This document shows positions 21,795 through 33,682 of a DNA stretch of 64,000 nucleotides, piece after piece (the first letter of the stretch is position 1; the number at the start of each line of letters is the position of its first letter). The position numbers and the translations under genes were made by a program. The notes beneath the pieces were generated by a model. The model did no database searches, was not told the DNA's origin, and saw nothing but the letters and a program-made list of their open reading frames with translations. The stretch spans positions 192,001-256,000 of the forward strand of contig OY820579.1 in assembly GCA_963681965.1 (NCBI GenBank), in the 5' to 3' direction. The stretch comes from a bacterium. GTDB taxonomy: Bacteria > Electryoneota > JAOADG01.

Positions 21795-21950
21795 TTATCG
21801 TTTCCTTAAATCTCGTTAACAGTAATCGATTTACCGTTGATTGCCAATTTTAAAAAGAAATCGGCACTTTGTGAAAAATTGTATGAAACGCCGTTCATGC
21901 AAAAAAAAAGCAATCAACTCAATTCAAATTAACTCGTCCGCCAACGGCAA

Positions 21951-22631
21951 TTATTGACCGTTCAACAGGCGATCCGCTAGAAATCGAGGCAGTTTAGCGC
22001 GAATAATTTTTTGCCGCGCAGCCTCGATATCGTAATCAATACGTGAAAAGTCCAATTGTCCAGTTGTTTCGTCCAAAATCGCATAACTCGCGCGAGGATC
22101 ACCATCGCGCGGTTGACCGACGGAACCGACATTGATCATTTCCACGTCGTTCGCATTTTTATACCGATACGATTCGTGCGTATGACCGACAAAACACGAG
22201 CGGATCGACAGGTCCAATCCTTCCAGTTGCCGTCTCGCTTCCGATTCAGTAAAGATATAATTCCATGCCTCCGGCGATCGCGGGGAAGCATGAACATACA
22301 ATCGATCGGCATCTTGCTGCATCAGCGGTAGATCTTTCAACCACTGTTTGTTGCTTTCCGACAAAGCGTATCTTGTCCACAAAATCGCTTGTCGCGCTAC
22401 CGGATTGAAATCGTCGGGACTGGTTTCTTGCGCCGCAGCTTCATCGTGATTGCCTAGAACCACAATTTTGCACCGTTCGCGAATGATGTCGACACATTTA
22501 TCCGGATCCGCACCATACCCGACGATATCACCAAGGCAAATCCATTCCCGAATACTTCGGGATGCGCCATCGGAAAGCACTGCCCAAAGTGCGTCCCAAT
22601 TCCCATGGATGTCCGAGATGATACCAATCAT
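21951..22631 (-). CDS. Metallophosphoesterase (calcineurin-like)
   Basis: SDIHGN, LGDIVGYG, GNHD, GHTH and NVGSVGQPRDGDPRA. Confidence 0.9.
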   Translation of the reverse strand: MIGIISDIHGNWDALWAVLSDGASRSIREWICLGDIVGYGADPDKCVDIIRERCKIVVLGNHDEAAAQETSPDDFNPVARQAILWTRYALSESNKQWLKDLPLMQQDADRLYVHASPRSPEAWNYIFTESEARRQLEGLDLSIRSCFVGHTHESYRYKNANDVEMINVGSVGQPRDGDPRASYAILDETTGQLDFSRIDYDIEAARQKIIRAKLPRFLADRLLNGQ

Positions 22632-22693
22632 TTCCGATCCGGAAAATATTTCACAATTTATACAACCGCAGCCAAATACTCAATTCGAAACAA

Positions 22694-23254
22694 CTATTCT
22701 TTTTTCGGTTGTCGATCACTCAATGCAGCATCAAGGATACCATTGATAAATCGACCCGATTGTGTCGTCGAGAATTCCTTAGCCAGCTCGATCGCCTCAT
22801 TTAATACTACTTTTGGTGGCGTCTCTTCCATATGGATTAATTCGCATAACGCCAACCGCAATAACAAATGATCGGTAAGAGCCAACCGGTCGATCGTCCA
22901 ACGTTCCACCCGGCGCGTAATTTCTTCGTCGAGCACGGTAGTTAATTCCATCGTTCGTCGAAGCAACCGCTGTAAGAACTCGATGTGCCGTTGTTCCCCG
23001 GTAATTTTCGCTTGCGACCATTGTTCCGTAAGCGTTTTTCCGGTCAATTCGATATTGTACACAATTTGTAATGCCACTCGACGCGCATTATGCCGGCTGA
23101 CCACTGCCTCAAAATCGATTATGCCATCATCTTCGTTCGTAACGGAATCGCGCGAAACCAAGACTTCGCGTTTTTTTCGCTTCACGGCTTGCGACGGCGG
23201 AGGAGTGCTATTTGCCGCCTCCGCTTCAGGCGGTACTCGGGTTGTACGTTTCAT
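22694..23254 (-). CDS. nusB: Transcription antitermination factor NusB (N-terminally extended)
   Basis: RHNARRVALQIVY, PPKVVLNEAIELAKEF and FINGILD. Confidence 0.92.
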   Translation of the reverse strand: MKRTTRVPPEAEAANSTPPPSQAVKRKKREVLVSRDSVTNEDDGIIDFEAVVSRHNARRVALQIVYNIELTGKTLTEQWSQAKITGEQRHIEFLQRLLRRTMELTTVLDEEITRRVERWTIDRLALTDHLLLRLALCELIHMEETPPKVVLNEAIELAKEFSTTQSGRFINGILDAALSDRQPKKE

Positions 23255-23424
23255 ACGTACATCGACCAATCGACTTTACCGGTGTCATTCTTCCAACCGA
23301 AGAACATACTACCGATCCCGATTAATTTCTTATCGAATCCGGTAGGGAAATTGTTCGCAAAAAACATGCAAACGTCCTTTCTAAAATCGAGTGGCGAAGT
23401 GCAATCACAAGGCTCTCGACAAGA

Positions 23425-24567
23425 CTATCGACCTAACAGTGCATTTGAAAGAATAAATCGTTGTACTTCACTGGTACCTTCGTAAATCTCGCACACTTTA
23501 CTATCACGCAGATGTCGTTCCGCCGGGTAGTCCTTCATATATCCGGCACCACCATGGATTTGAACGCCTTCCGACGCTACTTCGACGCAAATCTGCGAGG
23601 CATACAATTTTGCCATCGCTGCTTCGACAGTAAAGTTTTTTCCCTGATCTTTCAACCAAGCCGCACGGTGAATAAGTAACCGCGATGCATCGATTTTCAT
23701 TAACATATCGGCGAATTTGAAGCGTATCGCCTGAAAATTAGTAATGGGTTGATTGAATTGCTGCCGTTGCAATCCATAAACTTTCGCATCTTCCATCGCC
23801 GAGACGGCAATTCCGATCGCTTGGGAGGCAATTCCAATTCGCCCCGAATCGAGAACCGTCAAAGCAATTTTAAAGCCATCACCAATATTTCCGAGCAAAT
23901 TCTCCTTCGGAACGATACAGTTGTCGAACACGATCTGTGCCGTATCACTCGCTCGAATCCCCAATTTTTCTTCTTTTTTACCGACGATAAATCCGGGAAA
24001 TGTTTTCTCTACCAGAAAAGTGCTGGTTCCTTTAGATCCTTTGCCGGGATCGGTCACACAAGTCACGACAAACACATCGGCATTGGCACCGGTCGTAATG
24101 AAGTTCTTGGTTCCATTCAGTTCGAAATGATCTCCGCGATCAATGGCAACTGTTTTTTGAGCTGCCGCATCGGAACCAGCCTCAGGCTCCGTGAGCATAA
24201 AACCGCCGAGCCACTCACCACTGGCTAATTTCGGAAGATACTTTTGTTTTTGTTCAGGGGTTCCAAATTTGGCGATTGGATATCCACAGAGGGTATTCGT
24301 TACCGAGAGAATTACACCGACACTAGCATCACCGGCGGAAATTTCTTCAATCATCAGCGAATAGCAAATAGTGTCCATGCCTGCGCCACCGTACTCCTCC
24401 GGCAATTGTATGCCGCAGAAGCCCAACGCCGCGAGCTGGTTAATCTCATCGCGGGGGAAAGTTTCGGTCTCGTCGCGCCAAGTAGCCTTGGGTGCAAGAA
24501 CTTCACGAGCAAAAGTACGGGCAGTATCCCGTACCATTTTCTGCTCGTCGGTCAATTCAAAGTGCAT
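23425..24567 (-). CDS. Short-chain acyl-CoA (butyryl-CoA-like) dehydrogenase
   Basis: LTEPEAGSDA, KLGIRAS, GRIGIA, QIHGGAGY and EIYEGTSEVQR. Confidence 0.93.
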   Translation of the reverse strand: MHFELTDEQKMVRDTARTFAREVLAPKATWRDETETFPRDEINQLAALGFCGIQLPEEYGGAGMDTICYSLMIEEISAGDASVGVILSVTNTLCGYPIAKFGTPEQKQKYLPKLASGEWLGGFMLTEPEAGSDAAAQKTVAIDRGDHFELNGTKNFITTGANADVFVVTCVTDPGKGSKGTSTFLVEKTFPGFIVGKKEEKLGIRASDTAQIVFDNCIVPKENLLGNIGDGFKIALTVLDSGRIGIASQAIGIAVSAMEDAKVYGLQRQQFNQPITNFQAIRFKFADMLMKIDASRLLIHRAAWLKDQGKNFTVEAAMAKLYASQICVEVASEGVQIHGGAGYMKDYPAERHLRDSKVCEIYEGTSEVQRFILSNALLGR

Positions 24568-24769
24568 GAACAACTCCCATCGGTTTTCAATTTACAAAAA
24601 AAACGAGTGCAAGCTCAAATACTTGATTTTGAGCCGTTCTCGATTTCCGGTTTATGTAGTTACTACACGTAGGTACGTATTATTCGCAGTGATTCACACC
24701 ATTTTCGAGCAATTTTGCAACTTTTCTACAAAAACTCTCGTTACTCTCAAGCATGTGAAAACTCGAACA

Positions 24770-24801
24770 AGAAAAGAGGCGAAAGCAATCCTTCCGCCTC
24801 T
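24770..24801 (-). terminator. Intrinsic terminator after hbd
   Basis: Minus strand reads AGAGGCGGAAGGATTGCTTTCGCCTCTTTTC. Confidence 0.65.
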
Positions 24802-24825
24802 GGAATACTTGAACTCGACATGAGA

Positions 24826-25680
24826 TTACTGGTACTCGTAGAAACCACGACCGGTTTTCCGACCCAAATATCCAGCATCAACCATTTTTCTTAGCAATGG
24901 ACACGGTCGATATTTACTATCGCCTAATCCGTTGTGAAGTACTTCCATGATTGCAAGGCAGACATCGAGACCGATGAAATCCGCCAACGTCAACGGTCCC
25001 ATGGGATGTGCCATACCCAATTTCATGATTTCGTCGATCGCCTCGCGAGTGGCGACCCCTTCATATAATGCATAGACCGCCTCGTTGATCATCGGCATCA
25101 GGATGCGATTTGCGATAAATCCGGGGTAATCATTGACAGAAACAGGTACTTTACCCATTTTTTTTGCGGTTTCTTCCACAATTTGATAGGTTTCGTCGGA
25201 AGTCGCGATCCCGCGGATGACTTCGACCAACTTCATCATTGGCACCGGATTCATGAAGTGCATCCCGATAAATTTGTCGGGTGCCTTTGTTGCCGCAGCT
25301 AATTTTGTAATTGAGATTGACGAAGTATTCGATGCGAGGATCGCACCCGGTTTAGCTTTCTCGTTGATTTCTTTGAGAATGGCAAACTTCAAAGATTCAA
25401 TTTCCGGTACTGCTTCGATGATCAGATCACCCTTAGCCACTTGATCTAAGCCTACTACAGTAACCAGTCGAGCTAAAGTTGCGGCTTTATCTTCTTCCGA
25501 AAGTGTCCCCTTGCTCACTTGTCGGTCAAGATTTTTAGTGATTGTTTTTAACGCTCGATCCAAAAATTCTTGTTTTACATCGCATAAAATTGTTTGAAAA
25601 CCGGATTGCGCCGCAACATGCGCGATCCCATTTCCCATCGTTCCTGCACCGATCACGACGATGGTGTCGACCGTTGCCAT
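24826..25680 (-). CDS. hbd: 3-hydroxybutyryl-CoA dehydrogenase
   Basis: [32 protein letters not shown] and HPMGPL. Confidence 0.95.
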   Translation of the reverse strand: MATVDTIVVIGAGTMGNGIAHVAAQSGFQTILCDVKQEFLDRALKTITKNLDRQVSKGTLSEEDKAATLARLVTVVGLDQVAKGDLIIEAVPEIESLKFAILKEINEKAKPGAILASNTSSISITKLAAATKAPDKFIGMHFMNPVPMMKLVEVIRGIATSDETYQIVEETAKKMGKVPVSVNDYPGFIANRILMPMINEAVYALYEGVATREAIDEIMKLGMAHPMGPLTLADFIGLDVCLAIMEVLHNGLGDSKYRPCPLLRKMVDAGYLGRKTGRGFYEYQ

Positions 25681-25708
25681 GAATTCCCCCCGCGATTGAT
25701 TAGATACG

Positions 25709-27946
25709 TTACTTTAATAACACGAGTTTAGTGGTTCCCCGATAATGGGTAGTAGAGAGTACGACAAAATAGCTCCCCGAAGCGAGATTCTCGCCGTTAA
25801 ATGATACGATTTGTTTGCCGGATTGACAGTATTGATTGACAATCGAACGAACTTTCCGTCCTTGAATATCGAACAAAACAAGCGAAACAAATTCGGATCG
25901 AGGCAGATCGAACAAAATTTTAGTAGTTGCATTGAATGGGTTGGGATATGCACTCGCCGCTTGGTACTTGATCGGTAATGTTTCCCTCCCGGATGATTGC
26001 ACTCCGGTGGTTCCATCGTCGATTCGGACGTGATCGACAAAGGGGTTTACGAACCCGGAATCGGAAACCGAATAAAACGAGATTCGGACACTTGATTGGT
26101 TTGAATAGCTAGACAAAGAAATCTCAGAGTGTTCCCAACCGGTTGAATTGCTTAAGGTTGCTAAATTACTCCATGTGATTCCGTCATCAGTTGAAATCGC
26201 TACTTCCAGTGGTGCATTGGTTCCGACCGTATCATGCATTTTGCACCAATTGAAGCTCAGCCTTGCATTGGGGTGATTTCGCAATGAAACGACTGGCGTA
26301 CTGAGGCGACTTCCGGTGCCGGGCGCGCCGGAAACACCGAAGAAACACGCGGAGTAAGCACCATGCGGTGACATTCCCGGACCAAATTCAAAACCCGATC
26401 CACGGATCCACGTACAGGTATCTCGAACTGGTTCGATCATCCAACCACTTGGCGGAAAGGTCGTCTCAAATGATTCATTTAGTATCGCATCATCTGTCAA
26501 CTGCATTGCGGCAAAAGGATCGATACAACCGCTACCTAACATTCCGATCATCGCAGTGTCATTCTCATTATTGACATTTCGACTCGTGGACAGAATTCGC
26601 TGCTCAAATTGTTCCAATGTGATCGAAGGTGTCTGACACAGGAGCAGTGAAGCGGCGGCGGCAGCCATTGGCGTTGCCATCGATGTTCCGCTCCAGCAAC
26701 TGTAGTCTTCGGAATGATAGCGGTTATTAACCATGGTCGACCAAATATCGACACCGGGAGCAGCCAGCCGAACCCACGATCCGTACGTCGAAAAATCCGC
26801 TCGACGATACCCGCGATCCAGCGCCGCAACCGATATTACATGATTATTACCTGCCGGATACATCACTTGATTAGTATTGTTATTACCCGCTCCGGCAAAT
26901 ACCGAGCAGTTGTTCGATCGCGCATAATCGATCGCAGTTTGATAAGGTGGATATGAGCGTGTTCCAGCAAAACTGATGCTGATGATCCGACATCCGCGAT
27001 TCACGGCATATTGAATCGCATCGACGAAGTCGGCAGGCATACCAGCACCAGCTAACACGCTGTCGGTAGATAAGTAAGCAAACCCGGCACGGATACAAAT
27101 CGTTTGCACGTTGTGACTGGCAGATACAATACCGATACCATTATTCGTCGCTCCAGCGAGAATTCCGGCAACATGCGTTCCGTGACCATGGACATCCATC
27201 GGATTGTTGTTTCGAGCCCCGTATTGCTCCCCTTCGGCAGCAATGACGGTCGAATCGAGAAAGTAGCTGCTGAAATTATAACCGATCACATCGTCGTCGA
27301 AACCGTTGTCGTCGTCATCGAAATTGTCGTTATCGGCTGATGTCAGGCGACCATCGCTGTTTAAATCTTCAAGGGTATTCACACGGATATTCGGAATCAG
27401 ATCGGGGTGATTGAAATCGACGCCCGTATCGATCGTTGCAACCAAAATGGACCGACTACCGGTTTGATGATCCCAAGCTTCGCGACAATTTATTTCATCG
27501 AGATACCACTCGTTGCGATTCTCGACACGCCAATCGTTAGGGGTGGAGATTGCATCGTCCATCGGAACGATCGAAGCGTTTTCGATATCGGGAATCGTTT
27601 TCAATTGTTCGGCAAGATCTTGTTCGTCGATAATTCCGAATTTACGCGGAACCCGGATGAGATAATCCCGATCCATTCCCAAATCAAAAAAAACTTGTTT
27701 CTTCGTAGAAATTGGATCGAAATAGAATTGGGGTTCGAGCTGTTTCACCCGAAGTTCCTTCAAGATTGCATCCAACTGTAGCACACCAGTCGGACAATCA
27801 ATCCAACCCTTGGAAGTGCGATGGAGTTGGGAACTTGCCGATTCTGAAAACCGGAACCATACGATATTGGTGGCATGATCGAGTGGGTAACTGGAAGCGA
27901 TCGTTGCGGAAATGAGAATGAACCATAGCGTAATTGCCCTTGACAT
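25709..27946 (-). CDS. Secreted S8 subtilase with C-terminal secretion domain
   Basis: Catalytic triad IDTGV / HGTHVAG / SGTSMATP. C-terminus YPNPFN...KLVLLK. Confidence 0.92.
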   Translation of the reverse strand: MSRAITLWFILISATIASSYPLDHATNIVWFRFSESASSQLHRTSKGWIDCPTGVLQLDAILKELRVKQLEPQFYFDPISTKKQVFFDLGMDRDYLIRVPRKFGIIDEQDLAEQLKTIPDIENASIVPMDDAISTPNDWRVENRNEWYLDEINCREAWDHQTGSRSILVATIDTGVDFNHPDLIPNIRVNTLEDLNSDGRLTSADNDNFDDDDNGFDDDVIGYNFSSYFLDSTVIAAEGEQYGARNNNPMDVHGHGTHVAGILAGATNNGIGIVSASHNVQTICIRAGFAYLSTDSVLAGAGMPADFVDAIQYAVNRGCRIISISFAGTRSYPPYQTAIDYARSNNCSVFAGAGNNNTNQVMYPAGNNHVISVAALDRGYRRADFSTYGSWVRLAAPGVDIWSTMVNNRYHSEDYSCWSGTSMATPMAAAAASLLLCQTPSITLEQFEQRILSTSRNVNNENDTAMIGMLGSGCIDPFAAMQLTDDAILNESFETTFPPSGWMIEPVRDTCTWIRGSGFEFGPGMSPHGAYSACFFGVSGAPGTGSRLSTPVVSLRNHPNARLSFNWCKMHDTVGTNAPLEVAISTDDGITWSNLATLSNSTGWEHSEISLSSYSNQSSVRISFYSVSDSGFVNPFVDHVRIDDGTTGVQSSGRETLPIKYQAASAYPNPFNATTKILFDLPRSEFVSLVLFDIQGRKVRSIVNQYCQSGKQIVSFNGENLASGSYFVVLSTTHYRGTTKLVLLK

Positions 27947-28119
27947 GGATACTCCCTTCATGAGTAGTTCGAACAAGATTCAACGTCAATGTATCAGAGT
28001 ATACAATGATCGAGAACAAATTAGTGATATCTGGATCACATTGATCTCCATTTTGCCTTGCTTCAATGTAAGTTAGATCACACAAAAGTGCTCTGAGGAT
28101 TCCGAGAGTAGTGAAGATT

Positions 28120-30804
28120 TCATCCGGTATTTCGCATCCCCGCTGCAACTGCGATAATCGTCTGTAACAATCCCATCTGTACAAATGCTTCGACGGATTC
28201 GTCGGTTTGAAATCGAAGTCGACGGAGCAGCTCTGCTTCGATCAATGCCAGTGCACGCAAATGGTAGGCGCGCATTGTCAACGAGGTCTGAAACAACGGT
28301 AACCGTACGAGTGGGTCGGCAGTATTCAACTCTACAAGAAATCGAAGAGTTTCTTCATATTCATCCTTCAGTTCATGTTGAAGCCGTTCATTTTCGTTTT
28401 GGTCCAATTGATAAAACGACTCTGCCGCCTGAAAATCAACTAATGCAGTCGTGATCGTGAGTTTTGTGACCAATGATTGCAATAAGGGGTGTGTTTGAAA
28501 TTGATGTTTGACAATATTCCACAGTTCCGGATTCTTAGCCGTAAATTTTGCTGCCGTTCCAAAGCCAAACCATGCCGGTAAGAGCAACCGATTCTGTTGC
28601 CAACCAAATACCCAAGGGATTGCCCGAAAATCTTCGATCCGACTCGAATTCTGTCTTTTGGCGGGGCGACTACCGATGCGAAGTGCTTGAAGCTCGTTTA
28701 CCGGTGAAATTGCAGCAAAGAATGCCGGAAAATCGTCGTTGCGATATACTAACTCACGCCAACGCTTTTCTGCTTCTCGAGCAAATTCCGATGTTATTTC
28801 TTCTGGTGGTTCAGGCACTTGAGTTGCAGTAAGCGCAACGGCTGTCCCAGCCACCAATCGCTCTAAAACTCTCGCTGCTAAAATTGGATGGGTATAGCGA
28901 GTAGCAATCATTTCGCCTTGCTCGGTTAGTTTCCATGTACCCGTTCCAACGCTTGCCGGACTCGAGACGATTGCTTGATACAGTGGACCACCGCCACGTG
29001 CAATACTACCACCGCGACCATGGAACAGACGGACAGCGAGGTTATTTTTCGATCCGACCGCTTGAATTCGTCGAGCAGCACTGTCCAGTGCAAGCGTCGC
29101 TGCAACAATTCCGCCATCTTTTCCCGAATCGGAATAACCGAGCATGACGTCCTGAGTGTTATCAAGCTTTGTCAATCGGTCTCTCCAATGTGGTTCAGCA
29201 AACATTTTATCAAGAATCGTTGGCGCCGATGATAAATCTTTGGTGGTTTCGAATAAGGGTGAAATTCGGATTGGTGGAAGAGAGTTGGCTTTACTGGTAA
29301 AATGGTCAAGTAATATTGTAAGCCCAAATAACTCTTCCGATTGTTCGGTACCTGAGATAATTATAGTATCGAGTGCTTCTGGACCAAAAGTCAAGCGGAT
29401 CTCCGATAAGGCGATCAAACGCAGTACAATCGGATCATTCGCGAGAAGATCCCAATCTACTTTTGGACTAACACTCGTTCGGTACCAGTCTCCAATTATC
29501 TGTCGAATTTCTTGATCGGGTGCATCGGGAGTAGCTAAAACTTTCCGAAAGCAATTCATGATATCATTCGCATGTAGCCGGTGTTCCAATGTGGCAAAAT
29601 GGAATCCGAATTGACGAAGATTGTAGCGAAATTGCGTCAATGCTTCCGATAACCCGCTCTCTAGTGGAAAACACAGCTCTGCGATAGTTTTTAGATCGTG
29701 ATCCAACTCATCTGGCGATCTGTACTGCTCTTCATTCGGAGTTGGAGCATATTGCCAGCGATTATTTGGATTTAACTGGATTTCTTCTGAAGACAGTTTT
29801 AGTCGCTCTAGAATAATTTCCAGAATTCTTCGAATTGGTTCCCGACGATACCGATTCCCAAGTTTCGAAGTTGATAATGGTGCTCTTCCCGCTAGATCAC
29901 TTTCGAATGCAAACAATTGCTCTGGAAAAACGGCTAATCCTAAACTGGATGTAGCATCTTCGGCAAGGTGCTCGAGTTCGTCGGTAAGGTGGGTAAATGC
30001 CAATTTCCGCAAAGTAATCGCAGCATACCACATTGTTGCCGGTGTGATATTCGGGTTACCATCGGCATCGACTCCAACCCAGCATCCAAATCGGATCTGT
30101 GGAAGCCGACTAGGTTCAAAACTGTCATTAGCTTCTCCAAGCGCTGCGATTGCAGATCGTCGAAAAACACTGAGAGTCTCCCACATCATTGGCAACTGCA
30201 ATTCCAAATCTCGCATCTCGTCGATCGGCGTAACAACTTCCGATCGAATATCGCCGGTTTGCAGCAGTGTTGCGATCATCGATGATATTCGGTGTTCCGG
30301 AATCAACCGATAACGTTCCGACGATTGTTCACGTTCAGTCATTGCCCGAGAGATATTTTGAAGATGTCGCATAACGGATTTACGGCGAACTTCGGTAGGA
30401 TGCGCAGTAAACACTATTCGGAGATCTATGTTAGCCAGTGTGTTGCGAATTTCCGGATCGGATAAATTGGATTGCTCGCGCCATGCAGCTATAGTACCCG
30501 ATTCGGGTCGGGAATCGACAGATCGGTGAATGAGAATTCGTCGAAGACGGTGACGGTCTTCTGCCAGATTCCATAATTGAAAGAGAGTTGAAATTGCATG
30601 GGATAATTGGTATAGTTGCTCGGCAGATAGATTAAGTGCATCGATAGAAAGAAACTTTCCGGTTTGCATACTGGTAACAAAATCATCGAGCGCTGGATAC
30701 AGTAAAACCAACTTTTCACGCCAGACACTTTCTAGATATTCGCATTCGCCGATGAACAACTTCTGACGTTCAAACACAGTTGTCGCGTTCGCGTCACTCC
30801 CCAC
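28120..30804 (-). CDS. ppc: Phosphoenolpyruvate carboxylase
   Basis: FTAHPTE, MLGYSDSGKDGG, FHGRGGSIARGG, GSRPAKR, RAIPWVF and terminal MRNTG. Confidence 0.95.
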   Translation of the reverse strand: MGSDANATTVFERQKLFIGECEYLESVWREKLVLLYPALDDFVTSMQTGKFLSIDALNLSAEQLYQLSHAISTLFQLWNLAEDRHRLRRILIHRSVDSRPESGTIAAWREQSNLSDPEIRNTLANIDLRIVFTAHPTEVRRKSVMRHLQNISRAMTEREQSSERYRLIPEHRISSMIATLLQTGDIRSEVVTPIDEMRDLELQLPMMWETLSVFRRSAIAALGEANDSFEPSRLPQIRFGCWVGVDADGNPNITPATMWYAAITLRKLAFTHLTDELEHLAEDATSSLGLAVFPEQLFAFESDLAGRAPLSTSKLGNRYRREPIRRILEIILERLKLSSEEIQLNPNNRWQYAPTPNEEQYRSPDELDHDLKTIAELCFPLESGLSEALTQFRYNLRQFGFHFATLEHRLHANDIMNCFRKVLATPDAPDQEIRQIIGDWYRTSVSPKVDWDLLANDPIVLRLIALSEIRLTFGPEALDTIIISGTEQSEELFGLTILLDHFTSKANSLPPIRISPLFETTKDLSSAPTILDKMFAEPHWRDRLTKLDNTQDVMLGYSDSGKDGGIVAATLALDSAARRIQAVGSKNNLAVRLFHGRGGSIARGGGPLYQAIVSSPASVGTGTWKLTEQGEMIATRYTHPILAARVLERLVAGTAVALTATQVPEPPEEITSEFAREAEKRWRELVYRNDDFPAFFAAISPVNELQALRIGSRPAKRQNSSRIEDFRAIPWVFGWQQNRLLLPAWFGFGTAAKFTAKNPELWNIVKHQFQTHPLLQSLVTKLTITTALVDFQAAESFYQLDQNENERLQHELKDEYEETLRFLVELNTADPLVRLPLFQTSLTMRAYHLRALALIEAELLRRLRFQTDESVEAFVQMGLLQTIIAVAAGMRNTG

Positions 30805-31170
30805 ATTTACCTCCGGGCAATCAATTTATTACTTTCAGCACTAACATGGTTCACACCGATCTATTCGATGTCCACTTCATTTTTCTGGAAACGCAGACGT
30901 TTAAAATCAAGTTATTTATCAAGATACTTTTTACTGATTGATTTTCTCTATCCATTTGCAGTAATTGTCATTTTTTTACGTTCTGGTATTCAGTAACGAT
31001 TCCAATGATTTACGCAAAATAAATGAACGAGCCAACAAGAAAATATACGAATCGGGATAAATCTTCCTTGTTTTCAACCTTCTCACTCATTACTCTTACT
31101 TACTACCGTATTCTGAAAACTTTTTGATCTTTCAGTTCGATCCATCCTTCACCAAACCAAAGGGGGTTGT

Positions 31171-32181
31171 ATGCGTTCAATTGTTTATGTTGTATTCTTT
31201 ACCCTAATTGCCTGCACTGCTTTTGCCACGATTCGTATTGTCGACAATTCGGCTTCCGCCATGACGGGAGCCTATACGACACTTCAAACCGCACACGATG
31301 CTGCAGTCGGTGGCGACACGTTATTCGTGATCGGAACAAATATCCAGTATGGCTCGCTGGTAAATAGTAAGAATTTAAAATGGTTCGGTCCCGGATTTTT
31401 TCTCTCCGAAAATCCCGAAACGCAAGCAAATACCGGTTCTGCACTAACTACCAACATCGAGCTTTCATCCGGCTCCGAAGGTAGTATGATCGTGGGATTT
31501 CAAACGCACGGTACGATCACAATCAATAGTAACAACATTTTGGTCCGAAGATGTTGCGTATTTACGGAGAATTCCGATTACAATTTTAATTTTGGATCTA
31601 TTTCCAATGTTGTAATAGAAGGGTGCTATGCCGTCAATAGTCGCATCTATTACGTCTATTCATCTTGTGTCAACCTTGCCTCGTCGCATAATGTCACAAT
31701 TCAAAACTGTTTTCTTCATGAAGTGAATGCGAACGAACACACTTCGATCGTGTCGAATTCCGATGGAGGGCCTTTTACAATTCGCAACAACGTGCTTTAC
31801 GGTTCACTCAGTCTCTATAATTCAAACATCGATAACAATATTCTACGTGCCGGTACTGTGACTGCCACTAGCAGCGGAATCCACAACAATCTCGCGAACT
31901 CAACGCAATTCGGTTCTGCAAATGGCAATCAAACGAGTGTCAATATGACCGAAGTATTTTTAGGCACTGGAAGTACCGACGGTCAGTGGCGACTTTCGGC
32001 AACCTCGCCAGCGATCGGAGCCGGTCTCGATGGCGTCGATTGCGGTATGTTCGGTGGATCGAATCCCTATGTATTATCGGGCATTCCCAATCTTCCGACA
32101 ATTACCTTTATCAGTGCACCGACTTCGGGTAGCACGCTTAACGGACTACCGGTAACGATCCGCGCACGTGGACGGAATTAA
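31171..32181 (+). CDS. Secreted Asn-rich parallel beta-helix-like protein
   Basis: Signal peptide; TTLQTAHDAAVGGDT; N/I-rich repeats; SPAIGAG.DGVDCGMFGGSNPYVLSGIP. Confidence 0.7.
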   Translation: MRSIVYVVFFTLIACTAFATIRIVDNSASAMTGAYTTLQTAHDAAVGGDTLFVIGTNIQYGSLVNSKNLKWFGPGFFLSENPETQANTGSALTTNIELSSGSEGSMIVGFQTHGTITINSNNILVRRCCVFTENSDYNFNFGSISNVVIEGCYAVNSRIYYVYSSCVNLASSHNVTIQNCFLHEVNANEHTSIVSNSDGGPFTIRNNVLYGSLSLYNSNIDNNILRAGTVTATSSGIHNNLANSTQFGSANGNQTSVNMTEVFLGTGSTDGQWRLSATSPAIGAGLDGVDCGMFGGSNPYVLSGIPNLPTITFISAPTSGSTLNGLPVTIRARGRN

Positions 32182-32200
32182 AATCCAAGGGGGTGGCATT

Positions 32201-33625
32201 ATGCCAATACGAATTGGATTGATTGTGCAGATTATCGCCATGCTAGCGGCAGTGCATATCGTTGCAGCATCGCCCATCGCAGGCGCCGAGTATTTTTTCG
32301 ATAACGATCCCGGATATGGTCTAGGAACATCGATTGCGATGCAACAAGGGGATTCAATCCAGTGTTCGTTCCGGACCACAACAACAGCACCCGGTTTTCA
32401 CATGTTGTATATTCGCGCTCGAGATACTCTAGGCATCTGGGGACCGCCGACTCGACTCCAAATCTGGAGTGAAGCTATCGATAGTTTACCCGCAAATATT
32501 CGATCACTGGAGTATTTTTTCGATACCGATCCCGGTATCGGAAGCGGTATTCACATCGGTGACTTTAGTACAATTTCAGTGAACTCTTCGCTGATCGCCG
32601 ATTGTTCCACTCTCTCTTTGGGCTTTCATTCGCTGTATGTTCGAACGATCGATGGTGTGGGGAAACCATCGTTCCCGATCAAACGTCCGATCTGGGTGGA
32701 ATCATCGCAACTGACGCCATCCAATATTACCGCGGCGGAATATTTTTTCGATAACGATCCCGGACGGGGCGGTGGAACTGCGATTCCATTAACGAGTAAT
32801 AGTCAAGTCCAACTCAATTTTATCGCGGATCTATCAACCTTATCGCCCGGCATTCACACGCTCTTTTCCAGAGTAAAAGATTCTTACAATAATTGGGGAT
32901 TTCCGATCGGAAAGACTTTTTGGGTAGAAGCGCAGGCTAGCACAAATCCAAATATTACCGCAGCGGAATATTTTATGGATTCCGATCCGGGTCGGGGAAA
33001 TGGAACAGCCGTGAGTGTTGTACCGGGGCAGTCCATTGTCACATCGTTTCGCGTGAATTTAACTCAATTCAATTCAGGATTCCATATCCTGTTTATCCGG
33101 GTTCGCGATTCGGTGAAATGGGGTCCTCCGGTGGGTCATGGTGTTTGGGTAGAACGATTGTCGGCAACTGCTGTTCCGATTGTTTCCGGCGAATATTTTA
33201 TCGATACCGATCCGGGATACAATCACGGAACTCCACTTAGTGTCAGCGAAAGTGATTCGGTTACGATTGCCTTCAATGTCGATTTCTCTACAATCACAGC
33301 GGGTTATCACAATTTATTCATCCGTACCCGAGATGCTCAAGGGCGGTGGAGTATGCCTTTGAGTCATCGGTTATTGATTTCCTCGCCGCCGGGTGTACCA
33401 CAAGCTTTATTGATTCAATATCAAAACCAAAACGCTTATTTAAACTGGACCCTGGTCGATGATTCAGAAATTCAGGAGTACCGGATTTATCGCGACACCA
33501 CCGGATATTTTTCTCCTCCCGAACAAGGAACACTCGTTGGATCAGTAAATGCAACAACGAATACATTTATCGATTCGAATGTTAGTGATCGATATTTTTA
33601 CCGCGTAACAGCCTTCAAGCCGTAA
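32201..33625 (+). CDS. Secreted protein with five EYFxDxDPG repeats and an Fn3-like C-terminus
   Basis: Five ~75-aa units of the form (A/L/G)EYF.D.DPG...G.H.L..R..D...W. Confidence 0.8.
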   Translation: MPIRIGLIVQIIAMLAAVHIVAASPIAGAEYFFDNDPGYGLGTSIAMQQGDSIQCSFRTTTTAPGFHMLYIRARDTLGIWGPPTRLQIWSEAIDSLPANIRSLEYFFDTDPGIGSGIHIGDFSTISVNSSLIADCSTLSLGFHSLYVRTIDGVGKPSFPIKRPIWVESSQLTPSNITAAEYFFDNDPGRGGGTAIPLTSNSQVQLNFIADLSTLSPGIHTLFSRVKDSYNNWGFPIGKTFWVEAQASTNPNITAAEYFMDSDPGRGNGTAVSVVPGQSIVTSFRVNLTQFNSGFHILFIRVRDSVKWGPPVGHGVWVERLSATAVPIVSGEYFIDTDPGYNHGTPLSVSESDSVTIAFNVDFSTITAGYHNLFIRTRDAQGRWSMPLSHRLLISSPPGVPQALLIQYQNQNAYLNWTLVDDSEIQEYRIYRDTTGYFSPPEQGTLVGSVNATTNTFIDSNVSDRYFYRVTAFKP

Positions 33626-33635
33626 GAAATGAAAT

Positions 33636-33665
33636 GGGCGGTAGTATAATGCTACCGCCCGTTTT
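33636..33665 (+). terminator. Intrinsic terminator between convergent genes
   Basis: GGGCGGTAGT-ataat-GCTACCGCCC-GTTTT. Confidence 0.8.
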
Positions 33666-33682
33666 CAAGTATGACCATCTGC

